From Caulobacteraceae bacterium (lineage in GTDB: Bacteria > Pseudomonadota > Alphaproteobacteria > Caulobacterales > Caulobacteraceae), in the NCBI GenBank assembly GCA_035946795.1, contig DASYYX010000064.1:221462-285461 (forward strand): DNA of 64,000 nucleotides. The letters are read 5' to 3'. Below, piece by piece: positions 53,641-61,035 of this stretch; the stretch's first letter is position 1, and each line of letters starts with the position of its first letter. The notes beneath the pieces were generated by a model. The model ran no database searches and was not told where the DNA came from. It saw only the letters and a list, made by a program, of their open reading frames with translations. The translations under genes were made by a program, and so were the position numbers.

Positions 53641-53770
53641 GACCTGGGTCTCGGCGAGTCTCAAAACGTCTCAGAAAATCTCGCGGACTCTCTAAAAGTC
53701 CCGAAAAATTTCGAAAAGTCTTCGGAAGTCTCGAAAAGTCTCCTGGAGTCTCTCCGGTCTCGGACGCCTC
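53641..53770. repeat. About 12 tandem, strictly 10-bp-phased degenerate units (consensus GTCTCGAAAA, i.e. TCGAAAAGTC) with phased A-tracts
   Basis: Read in 10-nt blocks, nearly every block ends in GTC (or ATC/CTC) and begins with TC: gacctgggtc tcggcgagtc tcaaaacgtc tcagaaaatc tcgcggactc tctaaaagtc ccgaaaaatt tcgaaaagtc ttcggaagtc tcgaaaagtc tcctggagtc tctccggtct. The array is locally AT-rich. It lies 120-250 bp upstream of the hldE start. Confidence 0.9.
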
Positions 53771-53810
53771 GCTGTGGGTGGTGGCCGGGCCGCAGCGCCC
53801 GCCGAGCCGT

Positions 53811-53839
53811 ATCGCGATATCTATTGCAATTCGCAATAG
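53811..53839. promoter_or_regulatory. AT-rich palindromes ATCGCGAT (53811-53818) and CTATTGC-AATTC-GCAATAG (53821-53839)
   Basis: Perfect inverted repeats read directly from the sequence, 15 nt downstream of the kdsA stop. No U-tract follows, so an operator is as likely as a terminator. Confidence 0.3.
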
Positions 53840-53853
53840 GCTGTCAACGACAA

Positions 53854-54717
53854 TCAGCTCAGCTCCACCCGCCCCGGCCGCTTGGCCAAGCGATCCAGCT
53901 CGATGAGCTCGGCGGCTAGTTCCTCGAAGCGCGAGAGCGGCACCATGTTCGGGCCGTCGGAGGGGGCGTGGTCGGGATCGGGGTGGGTCTCCATGAAAAC
54001 GCCGGCCACGCCCACGGCGACGGCCGCCCGCGCTAGGACCGGAACGAACCGGCGCTCGCCGCCGCTGGCCTCACCTTGGCCCCCGGGCTGCTGCACCGAA
54101 TGGGTGGCGTCAAAGATCACCGGACAGCCGATCTCGCTCAGGATCGGCAGGGCGCGCATGTCGGAAACGAGGGTGTTGTAGCCGAAAGAGACCCCGCGCT
54201 CGGTGGCGAGCACGTTGGGATTGCCGGCGCCGAGCGCCTTGGCGACGACGTTGCCGAAGTCCCACGGCGCCAGGAACTGGCCCTTCTTGATGTTCAGCGC
54301 CCTGCCCGTCCGGGCCGCCGTGACGATGAGGTCGGTCTGGCGACACAGGAAGGCGGGGATCTGGAGGATGTCGACGACCTCGGCGACCGGCGCGCACTGA
54401 TCCGGCTGGTGAATGTCGGTGAGCACCGGCAGGCCCGTCCGCTCGCGGAGCTCGGCGAAGATCGGCAGCGCCTCGTCAAGTCCGATACCGCGCACGCCGG
54501 CGGCCGAGGTGCGGTTGGCCTTGTCGAAGGAGGTCTTGTAGACGAGCCCAACCTTCAGACGGGCAGCGATCTCGGCGAGGGCAGCGGCGGTCTCGAGGGC
54601 ATGGGCGCGGCTCTCGAGCGCGCATGGGCCGGCAATGAAGGCCAGCGGCGCGTTGTTGGCAAAGCGCGCCGGGGCCCCGGAAGGGGCGCGGACTTCGACG
54701 AGGCCGTTGGGTCGCAT
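53854..54717 (-). CDS. kdsA: 3-deoxy-8-phosphooctulonate synthase
   Basis: [27 protein letters not shown] and [13 protein letters not shown] are conserved KdsA blocks. Confidence 0.95.
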   Translation of the reverse strand: MRPNGLVEVRAPSGAPARFANNAPLAFIAGPCALESRAHALETAAALAEIAARLKVGLVYKTSFDKANRTSAAGVRGIGLDEALPIFAELRERTGLPVLTDIHQPDQCAPVAEVVDILQIPAFLCRQTDLIVTAARTGRALNIKKGQFLAPWDFGNVVAKALGAGNPNVLATERGVSFGYNTLVSDMRALPILSEIGCPVIFDATHSVQQPGGQGEASGGERRFVPVLARAAVAVGVAGVFMETHPDPDHAPSDGPNMVPLSRFEELAAELIELDRLAKRPGRVELS

Positions 54718-54831
54718 CTGGGCTCAAGTGGCCGGAACGCGGGCGTGTGGCAAGCGCCGCGGGCGTTCAGGGAGCAAGCGCGCTACTGGACAGCTCTTGC
54801 GTCGACGACTTCGGCGGGATTGAACGCGGGC

Positions 54832-55839
54832 ATGGGCTCCGCCGTCCTCCCCAGCATCGTCGAGGCGATCGGCAACACGCCCCTGATCCGCCTTCGGCGC
54901 GCCAGCGAGGCCACCGGCTGCGAAATTCTGGGCAAGGCCGAGTTCATGAACCCGGGCGCCTCGGTGAAGGACCGGGCGGCGCTGTGGATCATCCGTGACG
55001 CCGAACGCCGCGGCGCCCTGCGTCCGGGCGGACGCATCGTCGAGGGGACGGCCGGGAACACCGGCATCGGCCTGGCCATGGTCGCCAGGGCGTTGGGTTA
55101 CAAGTGCACCATCGTCATCCCGCGCACCCAGAGCCAGGAGAAGAAGGACGCCATCCGTCTGCAGGGCGCCGAACTCGTCGAGGTCGACGCCGTCCCGTAT
55201 GCCAATCCGATGAATTATGTGCGTTATTCCGGGCGCTTGGCGGAAGAACTGAACGCGAAGGAAACGGCCGGCGCCATCTGGGCCAACCAGTTCGACAATA
55301 CCGCCAACCGCGCGGCCCATGTCGAGGGCACCGGGCCGGAGATCTGGCGCCAGACCGGCGGCGCAGTCGACGCCTACATCTCCGCCGTCGGCACCGGGGG
55401 CACCCTCGCCGGGGTGGCGCAGGCGCTGCGGGCGCAAAAGCCGGACGTCACCATCGGCCTTGCCGACCCCCATGGCGCCTCGCTCTACGAATACTACGCC
55501 CACGGCGAGCTGAAGTCGGAGGGGAACTCGATCAGCGAGGGCATCGGCCAGAGCCGGATCACCGCCAACCTGGAGGGGCTCGAGGTCGACGCGCCCTACC
55601 GGGTTTCCGACACCGAGATGATGGAGGCGATCTTCGAGCTGGCCGAACACGAGGGCCTGGTCATGGGAGGCTCGACCGGGATCAACCTTGCCGGCGCCGT
55701 GCGGCTGGCGCGGGACCTCGGGCCAGGCCACACCATCGTGACCATCCTGGCGGACCACGGCTCGCGCTATCAGAGCAAGCTCTTCAACGCCGCCTTCCTT
55801 GCGGAGCGCGGCCTGCCGACGCGGCCGTGGCTGTCGTGA
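54832..55839 (+). CDS. PLP-dependent cysteine synthase family protein (CysK/CBS-like)
   Basis: IGNTPLIRL, NPGASVKDRAAL (the PLP lysine), GTAGNTGIGLAMVA and GTGGTL. Starts at ATG 54832 (or TTG 54820). Confidence 0.9.
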   Translation: MGSAVLPSIVEAIGNTPLIRLRRASEATGCEILGKAEFMNPGASVKDRAALWIIRDAERRGALRPGGRIVEGTAGNTGIGLAMVARALGYKCTIVIPRTQSQEKKDAIRLQGAELVEVDAVPYANPMNYVRYSGRLAEELNAKETAGAIWANQFDNTANRAAHVEGTGPEIWRQTGGAVDAYISAVGTGGTLAGVAQALRAQKPDVTIGLADPHGASLYEYYAHGELKSEGNSISEGIGQSRITANLEGLEVDAPYRVSDTEMMEAIFELAEHEGLVMGGSTGINLAGAVRLARDLGPGHTIVTILADHGSRYQSKLFNAAFLAERGLPTRPWLS

Positions 55840-55860
55840 GGCGAGATGGCAAAATGATAT

Positions 55861-56009
55861 GCTCCTCCACCGCGAAGCGCGGGAGGGGGACCATCCGAAG
55901 CTCGCAGCGCGGCGGATGGAGGGGGCGACGATTACGCCGAGCCCCCTCCACCACTCACGCTTCGCGTTCGTGGTCCCCCTCCCCCACGCTGACGCGTGGT
56001 GGAGGAGCG
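55861..56009. repeat. REP/MITE-like nested palindromic element (about 150 bp)
   Basis: GCTCCTCCACCGCG (55861-55874) pairs with CGCGTGGTGGAGGAGC (55994-56009). GGGAGGGGGACCA pairs with TGGTCCCCCTCCC. GGATGGAGGGGGC pairs with GCCCCCTCCACC. It lies between the cysK-like and sseA-like genes. Confidence 0.65.
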
Positions 56010-56011
56010 AA

Positions 56012-56875
56012 GTGAGCGATCCGATGGTCGGCACGGCCTGGCTGGCCGAGCGGCTGGGACAGCCTAAGCTGAGCGTCCTAGACGCCACCTGGCGTCTGCC
56101 GCCCACGGACCGCAACGCCAGGGCCGAGTTCGAAGCCGGTCACATCCCCGGCGCGGGCTTCTTCGACATCGACGCCATTTGCGACGCTTCCAGCGGCCTG
56201 CCGCACATGCTGCCCCAGCCGGGAGAGTTCGAGGCGGCTGCGCGGGCGCTGAGCGTCAATGCCGGCGACGCCATCGTCGTCTACGAGGCCCAGGGCCTCT
56301 TCTCGGCGCCGCGCGCCTGGTGGAGCTTCCGGGCCATGGGCGTCGACGAAGTCTACGTCCTCGACGGTGGCCTGCCGAAGTGGAAAGCCGAAGGCCGGCC
56401 GCTGGAGACCGGCGCCCCGACGCCGGCCCGCGGAGACTTCGTCGCGCACCCGCGCCCGCAGTTGGTGCGGGATCTGGCGGCCATGCGCGTTATCGTCGCC
56501 GGCGGCGGCGCCCAGATCGTCGACGCGCGCTCGCCGCCGCGGTTCGCCGGCGCCGAGGAAGAGCCGCGGCCCGGGGTGCGCAGGGGGCACATTCCCGGCG
56601 CCCGCAATGTCCCTTACGCCGGCGTCGTCAGCGCCGTCGGCGAGCTCGAGACTGCAGAGGCGCTGCGGCGCCGGTTCGCGGCGGCCGGGGTGGATCTGGA
56701 GCGGCCGATCGTCACCAGCTGCGGATCGGGGATCACCGCCTCGCTGCTGGCGCTGGGCCTGGCGCGCCTGGGGCGCGCCGACGCCGCCGTCTACGACGGC
56801 TCCTGGGCCGAATGGGGCGGCCGGCGCGACACGCCGATAGAGACCGGCGCGGCAAGCTCGGCGACGGCGGCATGA
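56012..56875 (+). CDS. sseA: 3-mercaptopyruvate sulfurtransferase (tandem rhodanese)
   Basis: AWLAERL...VLDATW...GHIPGA is followed by a second rhodanese domain with the active-site CGSGITA. GTG 56012 is the start. Confidence 0.85.
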   Translation: MSDPMVGTAWLAERLGQPKLSVLDATWRLPPTDRNARAEFEAGHIPGAGFFDIDAICDASSGLPHMLPQPGEFEAAARALSVNAGDAIVVYEAQGLFSAPRAWWSFRAMGVDEVYVLDGGLPKWKAEGRPLETGAPTPARGDFVAHPRPQLVRDLAAMRVIVAGGGAQIVDARSPPRFAGAEEEPRPGVRRGHIPGARNVPYAGVVSAVGELETAEALRRRFAAAGVDLERPIVTSCGSGITASLLALGLARLGRADAAVYDGSWAEWGGRRDTPIETGAASSATAA

Positions 56876-58026
56876 AATCGCGCGGTCGAGGCAAGGGCGG
56901 CGGCCTGCCGCTCCCCCGGACCGTCGGGCCGCCGATCCAGAGAGGCACGACGGTGCTGATGGACAGCGCCAAAGCCCTCTACGAATCGAAAGGCAAGCCC
57001 ACCTATGGCCTGGGCGGCCTCGCCACCCACGCAGCCCTGGCCGAGGCCTTGGCGGAGCTGGAGCACGCCCGCGCCGTGCGTCTCTATTCCTCGGGTCTGG
57101 CGGCGCTCACCGGGGCCATGTCGGCGGTGCTCGAGGCCGGCGACGAGGTGCTGATCACCGACGCCGTCTACCGGCCCACCCGGCGGTTCGCCGACCATGT
57201 CTTGAAGCGCCAGGGCGTGAGCGCGCGCTACTACGCGCCGCGGGCGAGCGCCGAGGAGATCCTTGCCGAGGCCGGCCGGAGCTGCCGACTGATCGTGCTC
57301 GAATCGCCCGGTTCGCTCACCTTCGAGCTGCAGGACGTCGCCGCCATCGCCGCGGCGGCCAGGGCGCGCGGCATCCTCACCCTGATGGACAATACCTGGG
57401 CCGCGGGCCTGCTGTTCAGGCCGTTGGACCACGGCGTCGACATCTCGGTGCAGGCGCTCACCAAATACATCGGCGGCCACTCCGACGTCTTCCTGGGCTC
57501 GGCGGCCACGCGCGAGCCGAAGCTGGACCGGCTGCTGGCCGAAACCATCCGCGATTTCGGCTGGGGCGTGGCGGCCGAGGACGCCTACCTGGGATTGCGC
57601 GGCCTGCGCACCCTGGAGACGCGGCTGGCCAGGCACGGCGAGAGCGCCCTGACGGTCGCCCGCTGGCTGGCGGGACGGCCGGAGGTGCGCGAAGTGCTGT
57701 TTCCGCCCCTTCCGGGCGCAGCCGATCACGACCTTTGGCGCCGAGACTTCACCGGCGCCGCCGGTCTCATGGGTGTCGTCTTGAGACCGCGGCCACAGGC
57801 GGCGGTGTTCGCCTTCCTCGACGCCCTGGAGGTGTTCGGGCTCGGCTTTTCCTGGGGCGGCTTCGAGAGCCTCGCCATCTGGGCCGATCCGCAGTTCGAC
57901 TGCCGCCTTCATCCCCCAGGGTTCGCCGGGCCGGTGATCCGGCTCGCCATCGGCCTGGAGCCGGTCGACACCCTCCTCGCCGATCTCGATCGGGGCTTTG
58001 GCGCGCTCAACGAGGGGAGCCGATGA
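56872..58026 (+). CDS. metC: Cystathionine beta-lyase
   Basis: Cys/Met-metabolism PLP family: LESPGSLTFELQD and the PLP-lysine block SVQALTKYIGGHSDV. ATG 56872 overlaps the sseA stop (ATGA). Confidence 0.85.
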   Translation: MKSRGRGKGGGLPLPRTVGPPIQRGTTVLMDSAKALYESKGKPTYGLGGLATHAALAEALAELEHARAVRLYSSGLAALTGAMSAVLEAGDEVLITDAVYRPTRRFADHVLKRQGVSARYYAPRASAEEILAEAGRSCRLIVLESPGSLTFELQDVAAIAAAARARGILTLMDNTWAAGLLFRPLDHGVDISVQALTKYIGGHSDVFLGSAATREPKLDRLLAETIRDFGWGVAAEDAYLGLRGLRTLETRLARHGESALTVARWLAGRPEVREVLFPPLPGAADHDLWRRDFTGAAGLMGVVLRPRPQAAVFAFLDALEVFGLGFSWGGFESLAIWADPQFDCRLHPPGFAGPVIRLAIGLEPVDTLLADLDRGFGALNEGSR

Positions 58027-58409
58027 TCGATCACTTCGGCTTCCACTGCCGCGACGCCTCGGTGAGCCTGCCGTTCTATCGCGCCTGCCTGGAGCCGCTG
58101 GGAATCCGCGCCGTCCAGGAGCAGCCGGAGTACAAGGCGGCGATCTTCAAGAAGGAGGGATCGCCGGTCTTCTGGTGGTTCGGCGAAGGCGACGAGGCGA
58201 GCCGTGGGCGCGCCGGCGCGATGAGAGTGCACCTGGGCTTTGCGGCGACGAGCGCCGCCGAGGTCGACGCTTTCCACGCCGCCGCCCTGGCCCACGGCGG
58301 CCGGGACAACGGGCCGCCCGGCTTCCGCCGCCCCACCTGCTACTCGGCCTTCGTCTTCGACCCGGACGGCAACAACATCGAGGCAATCTGGCAGACCGAG
58401 CGGGCGTAA
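58023..58409 (+). CDS. VOC / glyoxalase-family protein
   Basis: MIDHFGFHCRDASVSLPFY...HLGFAA...AFVFDPDGNNIEA follows the VOC fold pattern. ATGA overlap with metC. Confidence 0.8.
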   Translation: MIDHFGFHCRDASVSLPFYRACLEPLGIRAVQEQPEYKAAIFKKEGSPVFWWFGEGDEASRGRAGAMRVHLGFAATSAAEVDAFHAAALAHGGRDNGPPGFRRPTCYSAFVFDPDGNNIEAIWQTERA

Positions 58410-58426
58410 GCTCTGTGGGTCGCCAC

Positions 58427-58503
58427 TGGCGACCCCGGCAGGACTCGAACCTGCAACCGTCCGCTTAGAAGGCGGATGCTCTATCCGGTTGAGCTACGGG
58501 GTC
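58427..58503 (-). tRNA. tRNA-Arg (anticodon UCU), CCA encoded
   Basis: The minus strand reads GACCCCGTAGCTCAACCGGATAGAGCATCCGCCTTCTAAGCGGACGGTTGCAGGTTCGAGTCCTGCCGGGGTCGCCA. All four arms pair and the anticodon loop is CTTCTAA. Confidence 0.9.
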
Positions 58504-58813
58504 AGTGGGTCCAGGGGATCTTGCGCGTGTAAGAGAAATTGTCCGCGTAGGCCCTTATCTTCACGGCATCTTTGGACTCTGGCAGCAGCTCGAAGGCGAT
58601 GCCGTAGCGGTCGGCCCAGGCGACCGCCTCCTCGCGGGTGTCGAAGAAGAGACGCACCTCGCCGCCCATGTCGGCGGTGACGGTCCAGCCCATCAGCGGG
58701 TCGGGGCGGCGCGACGAGGCCGGCTCGAACTCCAGCACCCAATAGCGGGTGTTGGCCTTGCCGGACTGCATCGCCGATTTGGCGGGGCGGAAGATGCGGG
58801 CGAGGCGGGGCAG
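58502..58813 (-). CDS. NDUFS4-like 'ETC complex I subunit conserved region' protein
   Basis: ARIFRPAKSAMQSGKANTRYWVLEFEP...PLMGWT...F.TREEAVAWADRYGI matches the NDUFS4/AQDQ family. No ATG/GTG/TTG lies before the conserved ARIFRPAK, so the start is a candidate CTG at 58813 with AGGAG 9 nt upstream. The upstream part of the track ORF runs into tRNA-Pro. Confidence 0.7.
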   Translation of the reverse strand: MPRLARIFRPAKSAMQSGKANTRYWVLEFEPASSRRPDPLMGWTVTADMGGEVRLFFDTREEAVAWADRYGIAFELLPESKDAVKIRAYADNFSYTRKIPWTH

Positions 58814-58850
58814 CGGTCTCGGCTCCTCTTGCGATCGCGGCGGCGCGAGG

Positions 58851-58927
58851 TGGTCGGGGCGGCAGGATTCGAACCTGCGACTTCCTGCTCCCAAAGCAGG
58901 CGCGCTACCAGACTGCGCCACGCCCCG
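58851..58927 (-). tRNA. tRNA-Pro (anticodon UGG), CCA encoded
   Basis: The minus strand reads CGGGGCGTGGCGCAGTCTGGTAGCGCGCCTGCTTTGGGAGCAGGAAGTCGCAGGTTCGAATCCTGCCGCCCCGACCA. The arms pair and the anticodon loop is TTTGGGA. Confidence 0.9.
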
Positions 58928-59031
58928 CCGCCCTTGCACGTAGCGGGAGCATCGTCTTGCCACAGGCGGCGCCGCGGCCGCAACGCGCAGGCGGCGGACG
59001 CTGCGCGCGGCCCCCGAAGCACACGTCGAAC

Positions 59032-59502
59032 CTAGGGGCGCTCGCGCATGAGCTTGAAGAGACCGGTGGCCCGGGCGAGGTCGCGGCCCCGCATGCGCGC
59101 CTTGCCTTCGACGAAGGCGATATCGCGGGTGAGCCTGGTCAGGCGCGCCTCGCCCAGCACCCAGTCGCCGGCGCGGCCCATCCCTAGGAAGTCGAGCGAC
59201 AGGTGCAGGGTGACCGGGGTCGCGCCGCCGCCCCGGCCGGCCGCGCCGGCCATCAGGCCGTCGAGGAAGGCCGAAATCATGCCGCCGTGGATGAGACCCA
59301 GGCCATTGCAGTGGCGCGTCTCGGCGAAGAAGGCCTGTTCCACCACATCGCCATTGACGCGGTGATAGTAGGGGCCGTTGCGGGTGGAGAATTCCCCGCG
59401 GCCGACGCTGAGAACGAAGCCTTCGGGCGGCTGGCGCTTTTCCCCCAACCTATCGCCTCCTCCGTAATGCTCCAGATGACGCAGGCGGACTTCTCCCCGC
59501 AA
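59032..59502 (-). CDS. PaaI-family (hotdog fold) thioesterase
   Basis: NGLGLIHGGMISAFLDGLMG is the typical PaaI/4HBT active-site region. Confidence 0.75.
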   Translation of the reverse strand: MRGEVRLRHLEHYGGGDRLGEKRQPPEGFVLSVGRGEFSTRNGPYYHRVNGDVVEQAFFAETRHCNGLGLIHGGMISAFLDGLMAGAAGRGGGATPVTLHLSLDFLGMGRAGDWVLGEARLTRLTRDIAFVEGKARMRGRDLARATGLFKLMRERP

Positions 59503-59538
59503 GAGAGCGGGGAGCAGCCCAACTGCGTCACCCGCGGA

Positions 59539-60018
59539 TCAATTACTCGGTCGATGAAAGATCCGGTTGCGCACCAGATCGCCGGGCTCGGCGCCGATCG
59601 CCTCGGCGCGGCCACCACGGATCTCGAGCACGCCCAGGACCGGGCCGGCCGAAGGGATCGGCGTTTCTGAAAGCGGGGTGGCCCCGTGGGCGATGGAAAC
59701 CACCCGCCCGTCGGCGGAGATGAACAGCATGTCCAGTGGGATGAGGGTGTTCTTCATCCAGAAGGCCACCTGCTGCGGCGCCTTGAAGTCGAAGAGCATG
59801 CCGCGGTCGGGCGCGAGCGACTTGCGGAACATCAGACCGCGCTCGCGGGTGGCCTCGGTGTCGGCTACCTCGACGGTGAAGCGGAAGACGCCCTTGGCGG
59901 TGGCCACGGTCAGCGGCTCGGTCGGCAGGCGCCGCAGCGTTTGCGCGCGCGCCGCCGGGGCGAGCGCCAGCACCAGCGCGAGCGTCAGCAGCCAGCTTCG
60001 CCAGCCGTCAGATTTCAC
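59539..60018 (-). CDS. DUF192 domain protein (secreted)
   Basis: RERGLMFRKSLAPDRGMLFDF...FWMKNTLIPLDMLFI...G is the DUF192 signature. A signal peptide begins at GTG 60018. Confidence 0.75.
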   Translation of the reverse strand: MKSDGWRSWLLTLALVLALAPAARAQTLRRLPTEPLTVATAKGVFRFTVEVADTEATRERGLMFRKSLAPDRGMLFDFKAPQQVAFWMKNTLIPLDMLFISADGRVVSIAHGATPLSETPIPSAGPVLGVLEIRGGRAEAIGAEPGDLVRNRIFHRPSN

Positions 60019-60053
60019 GGAAGCATGCTCCCAGAAGAGTGGCCGCTGAGGCC

Positions 60054-60686
60054 CTAGCCTTGGGGCAATTCGATGTCGGCGACAACCAGCCCCTTGGGCC
60101 CCTCGGCGAAGCGCACGCACACATCATCCCCGGGCTGGAGGTCCTCGACGCCACTGCGGCGCAAGGTCTCGATGTGGATGAAGATGTCGCCCGGCTCGGA
60201 CTCGCGGACGACGAAACCGTAGCCCTTGGTGCGGTTGAACCACTTGACCTTGGCGCGCTCCAGCGGCCCGCGCTCGGCGGCGGGACGGCGCTCGCGCCCG
60301 CCACGACCATCGCGGCGGACACGCTCGGTCTCGAAGCCAACGCGCCGGGGGCCGGCGCGCACATCCCCATCCCAGTGGCGGCGGGGGCGCGGCTCGCGCG
60401 GCGGCGGCGCCTGGCTTTCGTCGAGCTCGAAGATTTCGTGGACCTGCCAACCCTTGGGCCGCCGGACGACGTCGCAGACGATCAACGCCCCTTCGGCTGC
60501 GCCCTGGCGGCCGGAGTTGCGCAGCGAAGTGACGTGCAAGAGGACATCGCGCAGATCGGTGAGACTGGCGTCATCGGGGACGATGAAACCGTACCCCTTG
60601 CCAGCATCGAACCACTTGACGTGGCCGGTGATGCGAACCGCCTCTTCCGCCGGTTCTTCACTGTGCTCGACTTCGACTTCGGACAT
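60054..60686 (-). CDS. Cold-shock protein with two cold-shock domains
   Basis: Two CSDs are present: [19 protein letters not shown] and [19 protein letters not shown]. An Arg-rich linker joins them. Confidence 0.9.
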   Translation of the reverse strand: MSEVEVEHSEEPAEEAVRITGHVKWFDAGKGYGFIVPDDASLTDLRDVLLHVTSLRNSGRQGAAEGALIVCDVVRRPKGWQVHEIFELDESQAPPPREPRPRRHWDGDVRAGPRRVGFETERVRRDGRGGRERRPAAERGPLERAKVKWFNRTKGYGFVVRESEPGDIFIHIETLRRSGVEDLQPGDDVCVRFAEGPKGLVVADIELPQG

Positions 60687-60812
60687 GCGCCCCTCAACGG
60701 CCCGCCGCCTTCTCCCAATTCGCCGCGGGCGCAGGGCTATAACATTGTTCCCGCCGGGGCGCGAGCGCCGCGAATCGCCGCGTCCCGCTCTGTCAAGATG
60801 GGTGCGGCGAAA

Positions 60813-60887
60813 TGGCAGGCCCTAGGGGAATCGAACCCCTCTTTCCAGATTGAAAATCTGATGTCCTAACCGATAGACGAAGGGCCC
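60813..60887 (-). tRNA. tRNA-Glu (anticodon UUC), CCA encoded
   Basis: The minus strand reads GGGCCCTTCGTCTATCGGTTAGGACATCAGATTTTCAATCTGGAAAGAGGGGTTCGATTCCCCTAGGGCCTGCCA. It resembles known tRNA-Glu sequences and has a G1-U72 wobble. The exact 5' end is uncertain by 1-2 nt. Confidence 0.85.
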
Positions 60888-61035
60888 GCAGCGGCGAGCG
60901 CCGGGGTATATCGGCCGGGTCTGCGCCCGACAACCCTTGCCCATTTGACTACGGAAAACACGGAAGACGCAGCGGAAGAGGCGGACGCGGCCAACTTCGC
61001 GCCTTCCGTAAGTTCCGTGCCTTCCCTGGCCGAGT

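Noticed and set aside
53641-53770. Possible CRISPR array or minisatellite.
   Set aside because: The units are only 10 bp and contiguous with no spacers, and no cas genes are present. The feature is better described as a phased short tandem array.
53613-53906. A 97-aa ORF (plus a 69-aa antisense ORF) spanning the 10-bp repeat array, with a 10-residue periodic peptide (SRRVSKRLRK SRGLSKSPEK FRKVFGSLEK).
   Set aside because: The peptide periodicity is a by-product of the 10-bp DNA repeat, since 30 bp equals 10 codons. There is no RBS, the composition is atypical, and the ORF overlaps the kdsA 3' end. It is treated as non-coding.
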